This document shows positions 39,167 to 47,639 of a DNA stretch of 64,000 bases, piece after piece. Position 1 is the first letter of the stretch. Every line of letters begins with the position of its first letter. The position numbers and the translations under genes were made by a program. This DNA comes from an uncultured Bacteroidota bacterium (lineage in GTDB: Bacteria > Bacteroidota > Ignavibacteria > UBA10030 > UBA6906): the NCBI GenBank assembly GCA_963700635.1, contig CAVOYH010000003.1, positions 224,001-288,000 of the forward strand. Reading direction: 5' to 3'. The notes beneath the pieces are model-generated. The model worked only from the letters and a program-made list of their open reading frames with translations. It was not told the DNA's origin and searched no databases.

Positions 39167-40582
39167 TCAGACACTCGTGCGGTAAGTACGCTGTTCGGGC
39201 CTGATGCCGAGTTGTTCCATTCGATAACGGAGTTTTGACCTGGTGAGCCCCAGGACTTTTGCCGCCTGCACCTGATTCCCGCCCACGATATCCAGTGTTT
39301 TGAGAATAAGGTCCTTCATGACCTCGCTCATCCGGATTCCCTGGGAGGGGATCTCCAGCATGAAGGACTTGCCATTTCCTGACATCGAAGGGTTGGTCGT
39401 GCCGGCATTCCGCAGGAAGCTGAAGTGATCAACCTGCAGTGCGGGCACATTGTTGAGCAGCACAACCCGTTCCAGAGCGTTCCTGAGCTCTCGCACATTC
39501 CCTTTCCAGCCCAGCTGTTCAAGGAACTGCAGCGCTTCCGGAGCGATAGAAGGAACAGGCCGGTTGAACCTGCGGCAGAATTCGGCAAGAAATGCTTTGG
39601 CGAGCTCGCTCACGTCTTCCCGGCGATTCCGCAACGGTGGGATACGCACCGAGGCGACATTCAGACGATAGAAGAGATCTTCGCGGAAGCGACCTTCTTC
39701 GACTTCGCGGGCCAGTTCCTTGTTTGATGCCGCGATAACACGCACATCCACACTGATTTCCTTGGTGCCACCCAAGCGGTAAAAACGTTTTTCTTCGAGT
39801 ACACGGAGCAGCTTGACCTGCATGTCCAGCGAGAGTTCGCGGATTTCATCAAGCAGGATTGTGCCACCGTCCGCCAGCTCAAATTTTCCCTGTTTCATTT
39901 TTTCGGTTGCGCCCGTGAATGCACCCTTCTCGTATCCGAAGAATTCACTCTCTGCAAGCTCCTTCGGGATGGCGCCGCAATTGAGGGTGATAAACGGTTT
40001 ATCGCGGCGTGAACTTTGCTGGTGAATAAACCGCGCCATGAGTTCCTTTCCCGTTCCGCTTTCCCCTTCGATCAGCACCGTCGTGTTCTCACCAAGAGCC
40101 AGCTTCTCCGCTGTTTCCAGCGCACGCCGTAATGCCGGACTCCTGCCGATGATCCCTGATCGTGACCGTTCTTCTTCAAGCTCTTCCTGGAGCAATTTGA
40201 CCTGTGTCTGCAGCCGAGCATGGTTGAGATTCTTCTCGATCAGAACGCCGAGGTGATTAAGGTCAAATGGCTTGACGACAAAATCAGCGGCACCTTCCTT
40301 CATTGCGCGAACGGCAAGGGAGACGTCCGAATGCGCGGTCATCATCAATACCGGCGTCGTCCATCCTTCAAGCCGCATGCGGTTCAGAAGCTGAATCCCG
40401 TTAACTTCTCCCATGTAAATATCCAGGAGGACAAGATCCGGTTTCTGGTCGTCCAGAAACTGGAAGAAGTCCTCCCCGCGGCTGCAAAGGGCTACCGTAT
40501 AGCCGAGCTCGCCCAGGATCTTTTTGAGTGTGGTTCCCAGGATGGGCTCATCATCAGCCACCAGTATCCGTGCCTTCGCCAT
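39167..40582 (-). CDS. Sigma54-dependent response regulator, NtrC/AtoC/FlrC family (REC, AAA+, Fis HTH)
   Basis: [30 protein letters not shown] and [12 protein letters not shown] motifs. Confidence 0.96.
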   Translation of the reverse strand: MAKARILVADDEPILGTTLKKILGELGYTVALCSRGEDFFQFLDDQKPDLVLLDIYMGEVNGIQLLNRMRLEGWTTPVLMMTAHSDVSLAVRAMKEGAADFVVKPFDLNHLGVLIEKNLNHARLQTQVKLLQEELEEERSRSGIIGRSPALRRALETAEKLALGENTTVLIEGESGTGKELMARFIHQQSSRRDKPFITLNCGAIPKELAESEFFGYEKGAFTGATEKMKQGKFELADGGTILLDEIRELSLDMQVKLLRVLEEKRFYRLGGTKEISVDVRVIAASNKELAREVEEGRFREDLFYRLNVASVRIPPLRNRREDVSELAKAFLAEFCRRFNRPVPSIAPEALQFLEQLGWKGNVRELRNALERVVLLNNVPALQVDHFSFLRNAGTTNPSMSGNGKSFMLEIPSQGIRMSEVMKDLILKTLDIVGGNQVQAAKVLGLTRSKLRYRMEQLGIRPEQRTYRTSV

Positions 40583-40597
40583 GGCGAATTCCTTTTC

Positions 40598-42214
40598 TTA
40601 GGTGTGAATTGGTAACAAAAGTCGAACGATGGTTCCCCCTCCCTCGGCAGGGTCAATACGGATGTCACCCTTGTGTTTCTCCACGATCTGTTTTGAGATC
40701 GAGAGGCCGAGTCCCGTTCCACCTGATTTTGTCGTGTAAAATTGTTCAAAGAGGTGCTTGCGCTGCTCTGCAGACAGTCCCGGACCGTGATCCCGCACGC
40801 CCAGCTCCACAAATGGCTGGTCCAGGTGATCCGGATGCACGAGGGCAGTCGACAGCTCCACAGTCCCTCCGTCGGGAGACGCATCAATAGCATTCTGTAC
40901 AATATTCAAAACGACCTGCTGAATTTGTTTGGCATCGATACGGATAGAAGGAAGCACCTCAGCGTAGGAAGTCACAAAACGCACGTCCTGTTGCTGGACG
41001 GAAAGTTTGATAAATCCCAGGACCTGCGGAACAAGATCATTGAGCTGTTGTTCTTTCAAGACGGGGGGTGTCACGCGGGCGAGATTGAGCGTATTCTCGA
41101 TGACCGCTTCAATGCGCTTGGTACCCTCCAGCGCGTCGCGCAACGAATCGCACAATTCGGGTTGCTGCTGCGTCTTGAAGATCATGTACTGAAGGTTCAG
41201 AGCTATGGCGGAAAGCGGGTTTCGAATTTCGTGCGCTATGCCTGCCGCCAGCCGCCCCATCAGCGTCATCTTCTCCGCCTGAAGCAATTGATCCCGCATT
41301 TTCTTTTGTTCGCTGATGTCCCGGACATATAACAACACGCGTGTGTCCTGCGGACGGGTCACCGGTCCGACACCGATGTCTACCTGGACGGAGGTCCCGT
41401 CTTTGCGTGTAATCATGGTTTCGCCCGATGCAAACCGGGCGGTGTCAAGCATAGTTGCCGTAAAGTCCCCACCGGCTACCGGGAGATGAGACATCGCCAG
41501 CAATTCTTCACGGGCAAATCCAAGGAGTTCGATGCCTGCCCGATTCACATCGAGCACCTTCCCTGTTTCGCGATCCAGCACAAAAATTGTTATACTCGCA
41601 TGGTCGAACAACGTCCGGTACCTGTCTTCCGAAGCCTGGATCTCCCGGTTCTTCCGGATGAGCGTGTCCGCATACATCTCCAGCTCGGCCATTTTCTCTT
41701 CCAGTTTCTTGATCACAATGGCACGGTGTTTTTCAAGAAACTCCTGATCGTCAATGGGCCCCAGCACCGGGGCGGGCTCTTCAGGTTTGCGGCCGTACTG
41801 CTGTTGCGCCAGTTCGTTGATGGCTTGGACCAGCGCGCCAAGCCCGGCGTACTTTACGACATAGCGGTCGACCCCGATGCTGCGGGCAAATTCCTGGTCC
41901 GTCGCATCGACGTAGTTGCCGGTGTAGATGATAAAGGGAACAGAGGCATAGGAAGAGAGCGTCCGGATTTCCTTACAGAGCTGAAATCCGTCCATTTTGG
42001 GCATCATGGCGTCCGCCACAATCATGTGGACTTGTTCCTGGTTCGCCAGCGCTAGGGCTTCGACGCCATTTTTCGCCATGAGAGGAGAATAACCGTTCTC
42101 TGAAAGGACATCTTCCAGCAACTCTAGATTCTCCTGCACATCATCGACCAGCAGTATTCTCAGTCGATGGGCGTCACCGATCTGTGGACTACTTATCTCA
42201 GACGGATTCATCAT
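40598..42214 (-). CDS. Histidine kinase, NtrB-like with N-terminal REC and PAS
   Basis: ILLVDD receiver, PAS, GIAHEIRNPL, NAIDA and FYTTK.GGTGLGL motifs; immediately upstream of the sigma54 regulator. Likely start ~42214. Confidence 0.92.
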   Translation of the reverse strand: MMNPSEISSPQIGDAHRLRILLVDDVQENLELLEDVLSENGYSPLMAKNGVEALALANQEQVHMIVADAMMPKMDGFQLCKEIRTLSSYASVPFIIYTGNYVDATDQEFARSIGVDRYVVKYAGLGALVQAINELAQQQYGRKPEEPAPVLGPIDDQEFLEKHRAIVIKKLEEKMAELEMYADTLIRKNREIQASEDRYRTLFDHASITIFVLDRETGKVLDVNRAGIELLGFAREELLAMSHLPVAGGDFTATMLDTARFASGETMITRKDGTSVQVDIGVGPVTRPQDTRVLLYVRDISEQKKMRDQLLQAEKMTLMGRLAAGIAHEIRNPLSAIALNLQYMIFKTQQQPELCDSLRDALEGTKRIEAVIENTLNLARVTPPVLKEQQLNDLVPQVLGFIKLSVQQQDVRFVTSYAEVLPSIRIDAKQIQQVVLNIVQNAIDASPDGGTVELSTALVHPDHLDQPFVELGVRDHGPGLSAEQRKHLFEQFYTTKSGGTGLGLSISKQIVEKHKGDIRIDPAEGGGTIVRLLLPIHT

Positions 42215-42236
42215 GGACACATCACTTTGGATAGTG

Positions 42237-42265
42237 ATTGTACGCAAAGGGGGAATCGTAACCAA
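42237..42265 (-). promoter_or_regulatory. Putative sigma70 promoter of the kinase-ntrC operon
   Basis: Minus strand TTGGTT-N17-TACAAT. Confidence 0.5.
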
Positions 42266-42267
42266 GG

Positions 42268-42281
42268 TACCAATATTGGCC
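42268..42281. promoter_or_regulatory. Third copy of the palindromic bEBP site (possible autoregulation)
   Basis: TACCAATATTGGCC, 12/14 match to GGCCAATATTGGCC, abutting the -35. Confidence 0.5.
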
Positions 42282-42291
42282 ACGTGGTCGC

Positions 42292-42335
42292 AATACGCAA
42301 ATCTACGTATTTCCGGGGGAGAATTCTACGTAGAT
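42292..42335. promoter_or_regulatory. Putative NarL/LuxR-type operator boxes
   Basis: Imperfect palindrome AATACGCAAATCTACGTATT (42292-42311) plus inverted half-site TACGTAGAT (42327-42335). Confidence 0.4.
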
Positions 42336-42374
42336 GGCCAATTATCCCCAGGGCGGGGTGCCGTGTGGCCGGAT

Positions 42375-43055
42375 CTACCGGGGAAGGATTACTATGCCGT
42401 TCTTAATGGCATACGCCACTAATCCGGCACTTTCGTGGATATCCAGCTTTTTCATGATATTGTGACAATGGGTGTCAACCGTACGGGGGCTAATATGAAG
42501 CAGATCAGCGGCCTCCTGATGTGTCTTTCCTTCAGCAATAAGCTGGAGGATTTCCCGTTCACGGGAGGTCAGGCGGCTATCCGGAAGCTGCCGGGCAGTC
42601 GACTCAGGTCCGGGAGTCTCTCCGGACTGCATAAATGAATCGAGGAGAATTCTGGATACGGAGGGGCTGAAAAAGGCATGGCCGCCATGGACCGCCCTGA
42701 TGGCGGCGTAGAGTTCCTCGGCCGAGCTGTTTTTCAGCAGATAACCGTTCGCTCCGCTCCGCACCACCTGCAGAACATAGTCTTCGTTGTCATGGGCGGA
42801 CAGAACGAGGACTTTCACGTGGGGTGACTCTTTTTTGATCCGGAGCGTAGCTTCAAGGCCGTTGAGTCCCGGCATGCTGATGTCCATAAGCACAACATCC
42901 GGGTCAAGTTTCAGGGTCAGATCAACAGCAACACGGCCATCCGATGCCTCCCCGATGACCTCGAGTCCTTCCGCCAGCGAGAGCAAGGAAACAAGGCCAC
43001 GGCGCACGATGGTGTGGTCATCGGCAACGAGGACGCCGATTGGTTGGGATTTCAT
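42375..43055 (-). CDS. NarL/FixJ-family response regulator (REC plus LuxR HTH)
   Basis: VLVADDHTIVRRG, MDISMPG and LTSREREILQLIAEG...ISPRTVDTH motifs. Start is ATG 43055 or GTG 43067. Confidence 0.95.
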   Translation of the reverse strand: MKSQPIGVLVADDHTIVRRGLVSLLSLAEGLEVIGEASDGRVAVDLTLKLDPDVVLMDISMPGLNGLEATLRIKKESPHVKVLVLSAHDNEDYVLQVVRSGANGYLLKNSSAEELYAAIRAVHGGHAFFSPSVSRILLDSFMQSGETPGPESTARQLPDSRLTSREREILQLIAEGKTHQEAADLLHISPRTVDTHCHNIMKKLDIHESAGLVAYAIKNGIVILPR

Positions 43056-43078
43056 GGGGCGAGACACATATGCATGCC

Positions 43079-43107
43079 AATGTACGTGAATCGGGCAAGA
43101 GTGTCAA
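43079..43107 (-). promoter_or_regulatory. Near-consensus sigma70 promoter of the NarL-type regulator
   Basis: Minus strand TTGACA-N17-TACATT. Confidence 0.7.
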
Positions 43108-43143
43108 CCGGGCAACCATGGCAGGGGTACGGCGTACAGTCTG

Positions 43144-43440
43144 TTACTTGTCAGAAGGTTGTTTCTTGATGTCCTTCAGAATCGCGTCTACAACTTTTTC
43201 CGTGACATCCCTCTGGAAATAGAATCCCTTCCGGATCTTCTCCCGGATGGCGCCAAAGCGGGTGGACTGATTGGCTTCGTAAAGAGCCCGTGCTTCATCC
43301 GATACTTCTACGCGATCGGATTTTTCTTCTGAATCCTTTTCGCCCTTTGCCCGGGGGATGGATTTCTGGGCGGGCTGCGGTTTATTCCCCTTTATCGGAT
43401 CCACAGATCCCGAGGAAGTAATAATCTCCTGTATCGCCAT
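43144..43440 (-). CDS. flgM: FlgM-like anti-sigma28 factor (paralogue 1)
   Basis: Disordered N-terminus, then DRVEVSDEARAL...R...IREKIRKGFY....V.EKVVD.IL, matching the FlgM C-terminal pattern. Confidence 0.65.
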   Translation of the reverse strand: MAIQEIITSSGSVDPIKGNKPQPAQKSIPRAKGEKDSEEKSDRVEVSDEARALYEANQSTRFGAIREKIRKGFYFQRDVTEKVVDAILKDIKKQPSDK

Positions 43441-43507
43441 GAAAATACCTCGTCCTTGGAAACTTTCCGCACCGGGACCCTTCGGGCCACGTGCAGGGTT
43501 GTTTCTG

Positions 43508-43918
43508 TTATGTGTGTTTCCCTGCTTTCAGCGCCTGTGTCATGGCCTTTTCCTCATACTGCATCAGCTTCCGGGTCTCCTTCAAGGCCTGATAGAACTT
43601 TCCGTTATAGATCGCTTCGCTGATGGTCTTAAAAAGTTCTGTCGTGCTGGGTGCGGCATGGATAATATCCCGTGCGAGATCCCAGTAATCCTTTTGATAC
43701 TTGGGAAGATTCTCGCCATCAATATACATCAGCTGGATGACAAAGTACACTTTTTTGCAGGGAGTATCCGCCTTCGTTTCGCTCAAAATTTCTTTTTCGC
43801 GGAGGAGGGGGACCTTATTCTCCACCATCAATTCAATGGTTTTGCCGGTGGCGTTTCGTAGTACCGCGCCACCGGCAATAACCCGTTCATTGACTTTTAG
43901 TGACAACTTCAGAGCCAT
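43508..43918 (-). CDS. flbT: Flagellin translational regulator FlbT
   Basis: MALKLSLK.NERVI..GAVLRN, LLREKEIL, ADTPCKKVYF.IQLMY and YQALKETRKLM.YE motifs. True start is ATG 43918. Confidence 0.9.
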   Translation of the reverse strand: MALKLSLKVNERVIAGGAVLRNATGKTIELMVENKVPLLREKEILSETKADTPCKKVYFVIQLMYIDGENLPKYQKDYWDLARDIIHAAPSTTELFKTISEAIYNGKFYQALKETRKLMQYEEKAMTQALKAGKHT

Positions 43919-43922
43919 AAAG

Positions 43923-44723
43923 CTATCCCAAGAGTTGCTCCATCTGTGCTGCGCCACCATGGGCAAGGCCCACAGACTGCACGGCAATCTCGTGCCGGAC
44001 CTCACCGCTTCGTGCTTGCGCCCCCGCTTCATCCATACCCCGGTCGTACGTAGAACCGGGGATGTCGAAGGTTTGTTCCCGGAGACGTTGCCGACGCGCC
44101 TGCAACGTGACCTCGGCATCATCCAGGTGTTGAATGGTCTGTGTGATGTCCTGGTCGGTGACCTCTTCAGGTGGCAGGAGCTCAGGCAGACGGAGCCCCA
44201 GGGGACCCGTTTGCACATCCTCTTTCCGTACCGTCCTGGTCAGTCCATTCGGTTCAATCGTAAAGGTCCAGTCGTCTCCTGCCCCCTGCTGCGCCTTTTT
44301 CGTCCGAACCGCGAGCGTCCCTGCTTCTACTTCGGGAGGCACGGTAAGTCTGTCAATCATAACACGAAGGGCTGCATACCCCCGCAAACGTCGAACGCGC
44401 TCCTCACTGCCTGGAGGGAAGGGGGGATAACTTTTGGTCACCACTTCCAGCTCCTTTTTCATCGCGTGGATCGTCGTGCCGACGGCCTTCATGGCCTGGT
44501 CCATCGTCCTGATGGTCGCCGCGACGGCGTTCGAACGGTCGTGCAGCGCCGCAAGGCGTTGAAACTCCGGCGCTGTTCGTGAGATGCTTGAATGACCAAC
44601 CGAACTTTTTTCGACCTCCTGATGTGTTCCGGATCCCGTCTGGGAGGCAAGTCTGTCAAGCCGCTCCTGGGACCGCCCCAGACCCCTCGGGCCTTGATCG
44701 AATCCTATGTTGAGTATTGACAT
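43923..44723 (-). CDS. Hypothetical protein with degenerate flagellin-like terminal helices
   Basis: Lies between flagellin and flbT; AGGTGAG RBS; central KSYPPFPPGSEERV motif; termini weakly resemble flagellin D0/D1 helices. Confidence 0.7.
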   Translation of the reverse strand: MSILNIGFDQGPRGLGRSQERLDRLASQTGSGTHQEVEKSSVGHSSISRTAPEFQRLAALHDRSNAVAATIRTMDQAMKAVGTTIHAMKKELEVVTKSYPPFPPGSEERVRRLRGYAALRVMIDRLTVPPEVEAGTLAVRTKKAQQGAGDDWTFTIEPNGLTRTVRKEDVQTGPLGLRLPELLPPEEVTDQDITQTIQHLDDAEVTLQARRQRLREQTFDIPGSTYDRGMDEAGAQARSGEVRHEIAVQSVGLAHGGAAQMEQLLG

Positions 44724-44799
44724 TTCTCACCTCGTGTACCAGCGGCCGGGAGGAGGAACTATTCCTCCTCCCGCACTGGCGTGATCATCGTTATCCGGA

Positions 44800-45645
44800 C
44801 TAGAACAGACGCAGGACTGACTGCGCGTTCTGGGCTGACAGGCTCAAAGCTGTTGTTCCCAGAGACTGCCGGGTCTGCAGCATGAGCATATTTGCACCTT
44901 CCTCGTTCATGTCGGCATCCGTCAACGAACTGGCGCCGGCTTTGAGCGTTGCAATCATCTGATCCGCCCAATCCGCGCGGGTCTGGATAATGCTCAGGCT
45001 GGACGACAGGGACGATGATTGCACCCGGAGTGTGTCGAGTGCTGAGGACAGCTGCGTCAGGGCTGAGTTCACAGATGCCGTGCCGTTGGTTGCATTGTCC
45101 CAGGAGTCTGTGATACCGCCTGTAGCCTGGCCGACGATACCGATCGTCAAGCCGGTTGCAGTCGCGCTGAATCCTTCAATGCTCAGCGAGCTCGCACCAC
45201 TTTCGTTGAACTTCACCGTCATGGTGTTCCCGACCAGCAGGTTCGTACCACGATAGCCGGAGTCGCTGGCCATGGTGTTGATCTGGCTGATCACGGCATT
45301 GTACTGTGTCACGTACTGCGCGCGCGCCGTCGCATCGCTTGTGGCGAGAGCAGACTGCGCAATACCTTTTGCCGATTCGATCAGGGTGTTGAGGGATTCG
45401 ATACCACTGCTGGCGGTTTTCACCGTCTGGATCGCTTCACTCATACTGTCCTTGCGGGCAGAAATGTCATTGGAGCGATTGAGGTGGCCACGTGCAGCGA
45501 AATAGTTGGTCGGGCTGTCGAGTGCACTGTTGACCTTCTTGCCGGTCGAAAGCCGATCCTGCGTACGGTTCAACAGGCTGACAGTATTCTGCAGGCTCAG
45601 CAAATTGGCCCGCATCGCGCCCGTCAACGAGATTTCTTGTGCCAT
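44800..45645 (-). CDS. Flagellin (short, alphaproteobacterial-style), copy B
   Basis: RANLLSLQNT...TQDRLSTGKKVNSALD.P.NYF, DSGYRGTNLL and ADMNEEGANMLMLQTRQ.LG..ALSL......VLRLF motifs. Confidence 0.95.
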   Translation of the reverse strand: MAQEISLTGAMRANLLSLQNTVSLLNRTQDRLSTGKKVNSALDSPTNYFAARGHLNRSNDISARKDSMSEAIQTVKTASSGIESLNTLIESAKGIAQSALATSDATARAQYVTQYNAVISQINTMASDSGYRGTNLLVGNTMTVKFNESGASSLSIEGFSATATGLTIGIVGQATGGITDSWDNATNGTASVNSALTQLSSALDTLRVQSSSLSSSLSIIQTRADWADQMIATLKAGASSLTDADMNEEGANMLMLQTRQSLGTTALSLSAQNAQSVLRLF

Positions 45646-45707
45646 TGAGTATCCCTTTCTAGGATTATGGTTTTTGGCTGCCTCTTCTGAGGCTCTACCT
45701 GATCCTA

Positions 45708-45734
45708 CTATCGGTTGAATCGGAGAAAACTTTA
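45708..45734 (-). promoter_or_regulatory. Sigma28 promoter of flagellin B
   Basis: Minus strand TAAAGTTT-N11-ACCGATAG (consensus TAAAGTTT-N11-GCCGATAA). Confidence 0.8.
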
Positions 45735-45763
45735 GCCGGAAGGAAAATTTTTTTGCTGGTCAC

Positions 45764-45788
45764 TAACCCATTGTAAATCAACGGGTTA
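45764..45788. promoter_or_regulatory. Inverted repeat containing an IHF-consensus site
   Basis: TAACCCATTGTAAATCAACGGGTTA; AATCAACGGGTTA matches WATCAANNNNTTR. Could instead be a terminator for the upstream operon. Confidence 0.35.
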
Positions 45789-45817
45789 AGTCTTAGAGAA
45801 GATTTCTTTGCAGCGGT

Positions 45818-46096
45818 TCACCAACCTGTGGCAGACTCTATTTCCCGCGCAACACTATCGATGATCTGTTCCGTAATGTCCGGGTCCAGATAATACCCCC
45901 GCCGAACCCTTTCCCGGATCACATCCAACCTCTGGAAGTTCCCCCCAGATAAGAGCGCTTGTGCCTCACGGGACAGATGTATATGATCCGCGTCACCCTT
46001 CTCACCCTCCATCGTTCCGCCCTGTGCCCCCGCCGGCCGATCATTTATTGATCGTTCGGCCGAACCTGCATCTCTGAAAATGGCTTCGATGGTCAT
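45818..46096 (-). CDS. FlgM-like anti-sigma28 factor (paralogue 2)
   Basis: DHIHLSREAQALL....QRLDVIRERVRRGYY....ITEQIID aligns by eye with 43144..43440. Confidence 0.6.
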   Translation of the reverse strand: MTIEAIFRDAGSAERSINDRPAGAQGGTMEGEKGDADHIHLSREAQALLSGGNFQRLDVIRERVRRGYYLDPDITEQIIDSVAREIESATGW

Positions 46097-46122
46097 GATG
46101 TGCGCTCCTGACTGACGGTCGC

Positions 46123-46500
46123 CTACTGTGCCGAGCCTTTCAGGCCGGCCGCAATGTTTGTGTTGATGTTGATCAGTATGTCAAGTTTTTCCGGAGCAGG
46201 GAACGCCAGGGTGTCAAAAATTCGGCGGTCGATGAACGCGCTCAGCCGGAGGACGTTTTCCTTGATCGTTTGCGGTAATGGATTCTTTTCCTCGAGTAAC
46301 GCCACCTGAAAGAACGTCCACAACCGCTGATTGTACCGTAACGCCTTCTCCAGACTCCGGTCCCGGTCGGGGGCGGCCCAGTGCGTTTGCACATGTTTCA
46401 TCAGCGATGCAGCCTTCATCAACACCGCCGCTTCTGCCTCCCTGTCACCGAGTGCCGCCATCTGGTTCCGTCCGTACACTTCTGCCTGCGTTGCGTGCAT
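46123..46500 (-). CDS. flaF: Flagellar biosynthesis regulator/chaperone FlaF
   Basis: REAEAAVL.KAA, ALRYNQRLWT, N.LP..IK.N.L.LS.FI and LININ.NIAAGL motifs. Confidence 0.92.
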   Translation of the reverse strand: MHATQAEVYGRNQMAALGDREAEAAVLMKAASLMKHVQTHWAAPDRDRSLEKALRYNQRLWTFFQVALLEEKNPLPQTIKENVLRLSAFIDRRIFDTLAFPAPEKLDILININTNIAAGLKGSAQ

Positions 46501-46552
46501 GGCTCATAGTCCTTTGTGTTGTTGTGTCACGTTCGCTGTGCTGTCCGGATAC

Positions 46553-46593
46553 TGCGGATACAGGGAAGATTTTTGACCCTCCCTGTATCCGCA
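46553..46593 (-). terminator. Strong stem-loop between flagellin A and flaF
   Basis: 14-bp perfect stem TGCGGATACAGGGA/TCCCTGTATCCGCA; no U-tract. Confidence 0.6.
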
Positions 46594-46603
46594 TGAATTC
46601 GGG

Positions 46604-47449
46604 TTAGAAGAGCCGCAGGACCGACTGGGCATTCTGGGCTGACAGACTCAACGCTGTGGTTCCCAGAGACTGCCGGGTTTGCAGCATGAGCATATTTGCA
46701 CCTTCTTCGTTCATGTCCGCTTCTGTTAACGCGTTCGCACCGTCTTTAAGGGTCGAGATCATCTGATCCGCCCATTCTGCGCGGGTCTGAACGATGCTGA
46801 GACTGGACGAGAGTGCGGATGACTGCACCCTGAGTGTGTCAAGCGCAGACGAGAGCTGTGTCATGGCCGAGTTGATTGACTCCGTGCCGTCGGTTGCATC
46901 GGACCAGGCCGCAGCGATGCCGCCCGTGGCCTGCCCGATAATCCCGATCATCAAGCCCGTTGCGGTGGCTTTGAAGCCGTCGATGCTCAGCGAGCTCGCA
47001 CCGTCCTCGTTGAACTTCACGCTGAGCGTGTTGCCCAGAAGCAGGTTCGTGCCACGATAACCGGAATCGCTGGCCATGGTGTTAATCTGACTGATCACCG
47101 CATTGTACTGCGTCACGTATTGTGCGCGTGCAGTCCCGTCATTGGTGGCGAGAGCTGCCTGTGCAATACCTTTGGCCGACTCGATCAGGGTATTAATCGA
47201 TTCGATGCCGGTGCTGGCGGTTTTTACCGTCTGTATCGCTTCACCCATGCTGTCTTTCCTGGCCGCAATGTCGCTAGCACGGTTCATGTGCCCCCGTGCC
47301 GCGAAATAGTTAGTCGGGCTATCCAGCGCACTGTTGACTTTTTTGCCGGTCGAAAGCCGATCCTGCGTACGATTCAGCAAGCTGACCGTATTCTGCAGAC
47401 TCAGCAGATTGGCCCGCATCGCGGAAGTGAGTGAGATTTCTTGTGCCAC
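46604..47449 (-). CDS. Flagellin (short, alphaproteobacterial-style), copy A
   Basis: Same length (281 aa) and highly similar to 44800..45645; GTG start. Confidence 0.95.
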   Translation of the reverse strand: MAQEISLTSAMRANLLSLQNTVSLLNRTQDRLSTGKKVNSALDSPTNYFAARGHMNRASDIAARKDSMGEAIQTVKTASTGIESINTLIESAKGIAQAALATNDGTARAQYVTQYNAVISQINTMASDSGYRGTNLLLGNTLSVKFNEDGASSLSIDGFKATATGLMIGIIGQATGGIAAAWSDATDGTESINSAMTQLSSALDTLRVQSSALSSSLSIVQTRAEWADQMISTLKDGANALTEADMNEEGANMLMLQTRQSLGTTALSLSAQNAQSVLRLF

Positions 47450-47549
47450 AGTGCTACCCCCCTTTCTGGGTGGTTGTTAGTGATGATGATGGTGAACACA
47501 TTGTAGGTGTGGTCTGTAACCGATTGGAGATCTTCACCTTCTGTGTATA

Positions 47550-47576
47550 TTATCGGCAGATTGGAGGAGGAGTTTA
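47550..47576 (-). promoter_or_regulatory. Sigma28 promoter of flagellin A
   Basis: Minus strand TAAACTCC-N11-GCCGATAA (perfect -10). Confidence 0.8.
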
Positions 47577-47639
47577 GGCGGAAGACACGATTTTTGCCGG
47601 GCTCAGAGAACAGAATTCGCCTGTTCAGGAGGGATTGTG

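Noticed and set aside
43919-44218. N-terminal extension of FlbT in the ORF track
   Set aside because: It overlaps the upstream gene, and FlbT homology starts at MALKLSLK (43918).
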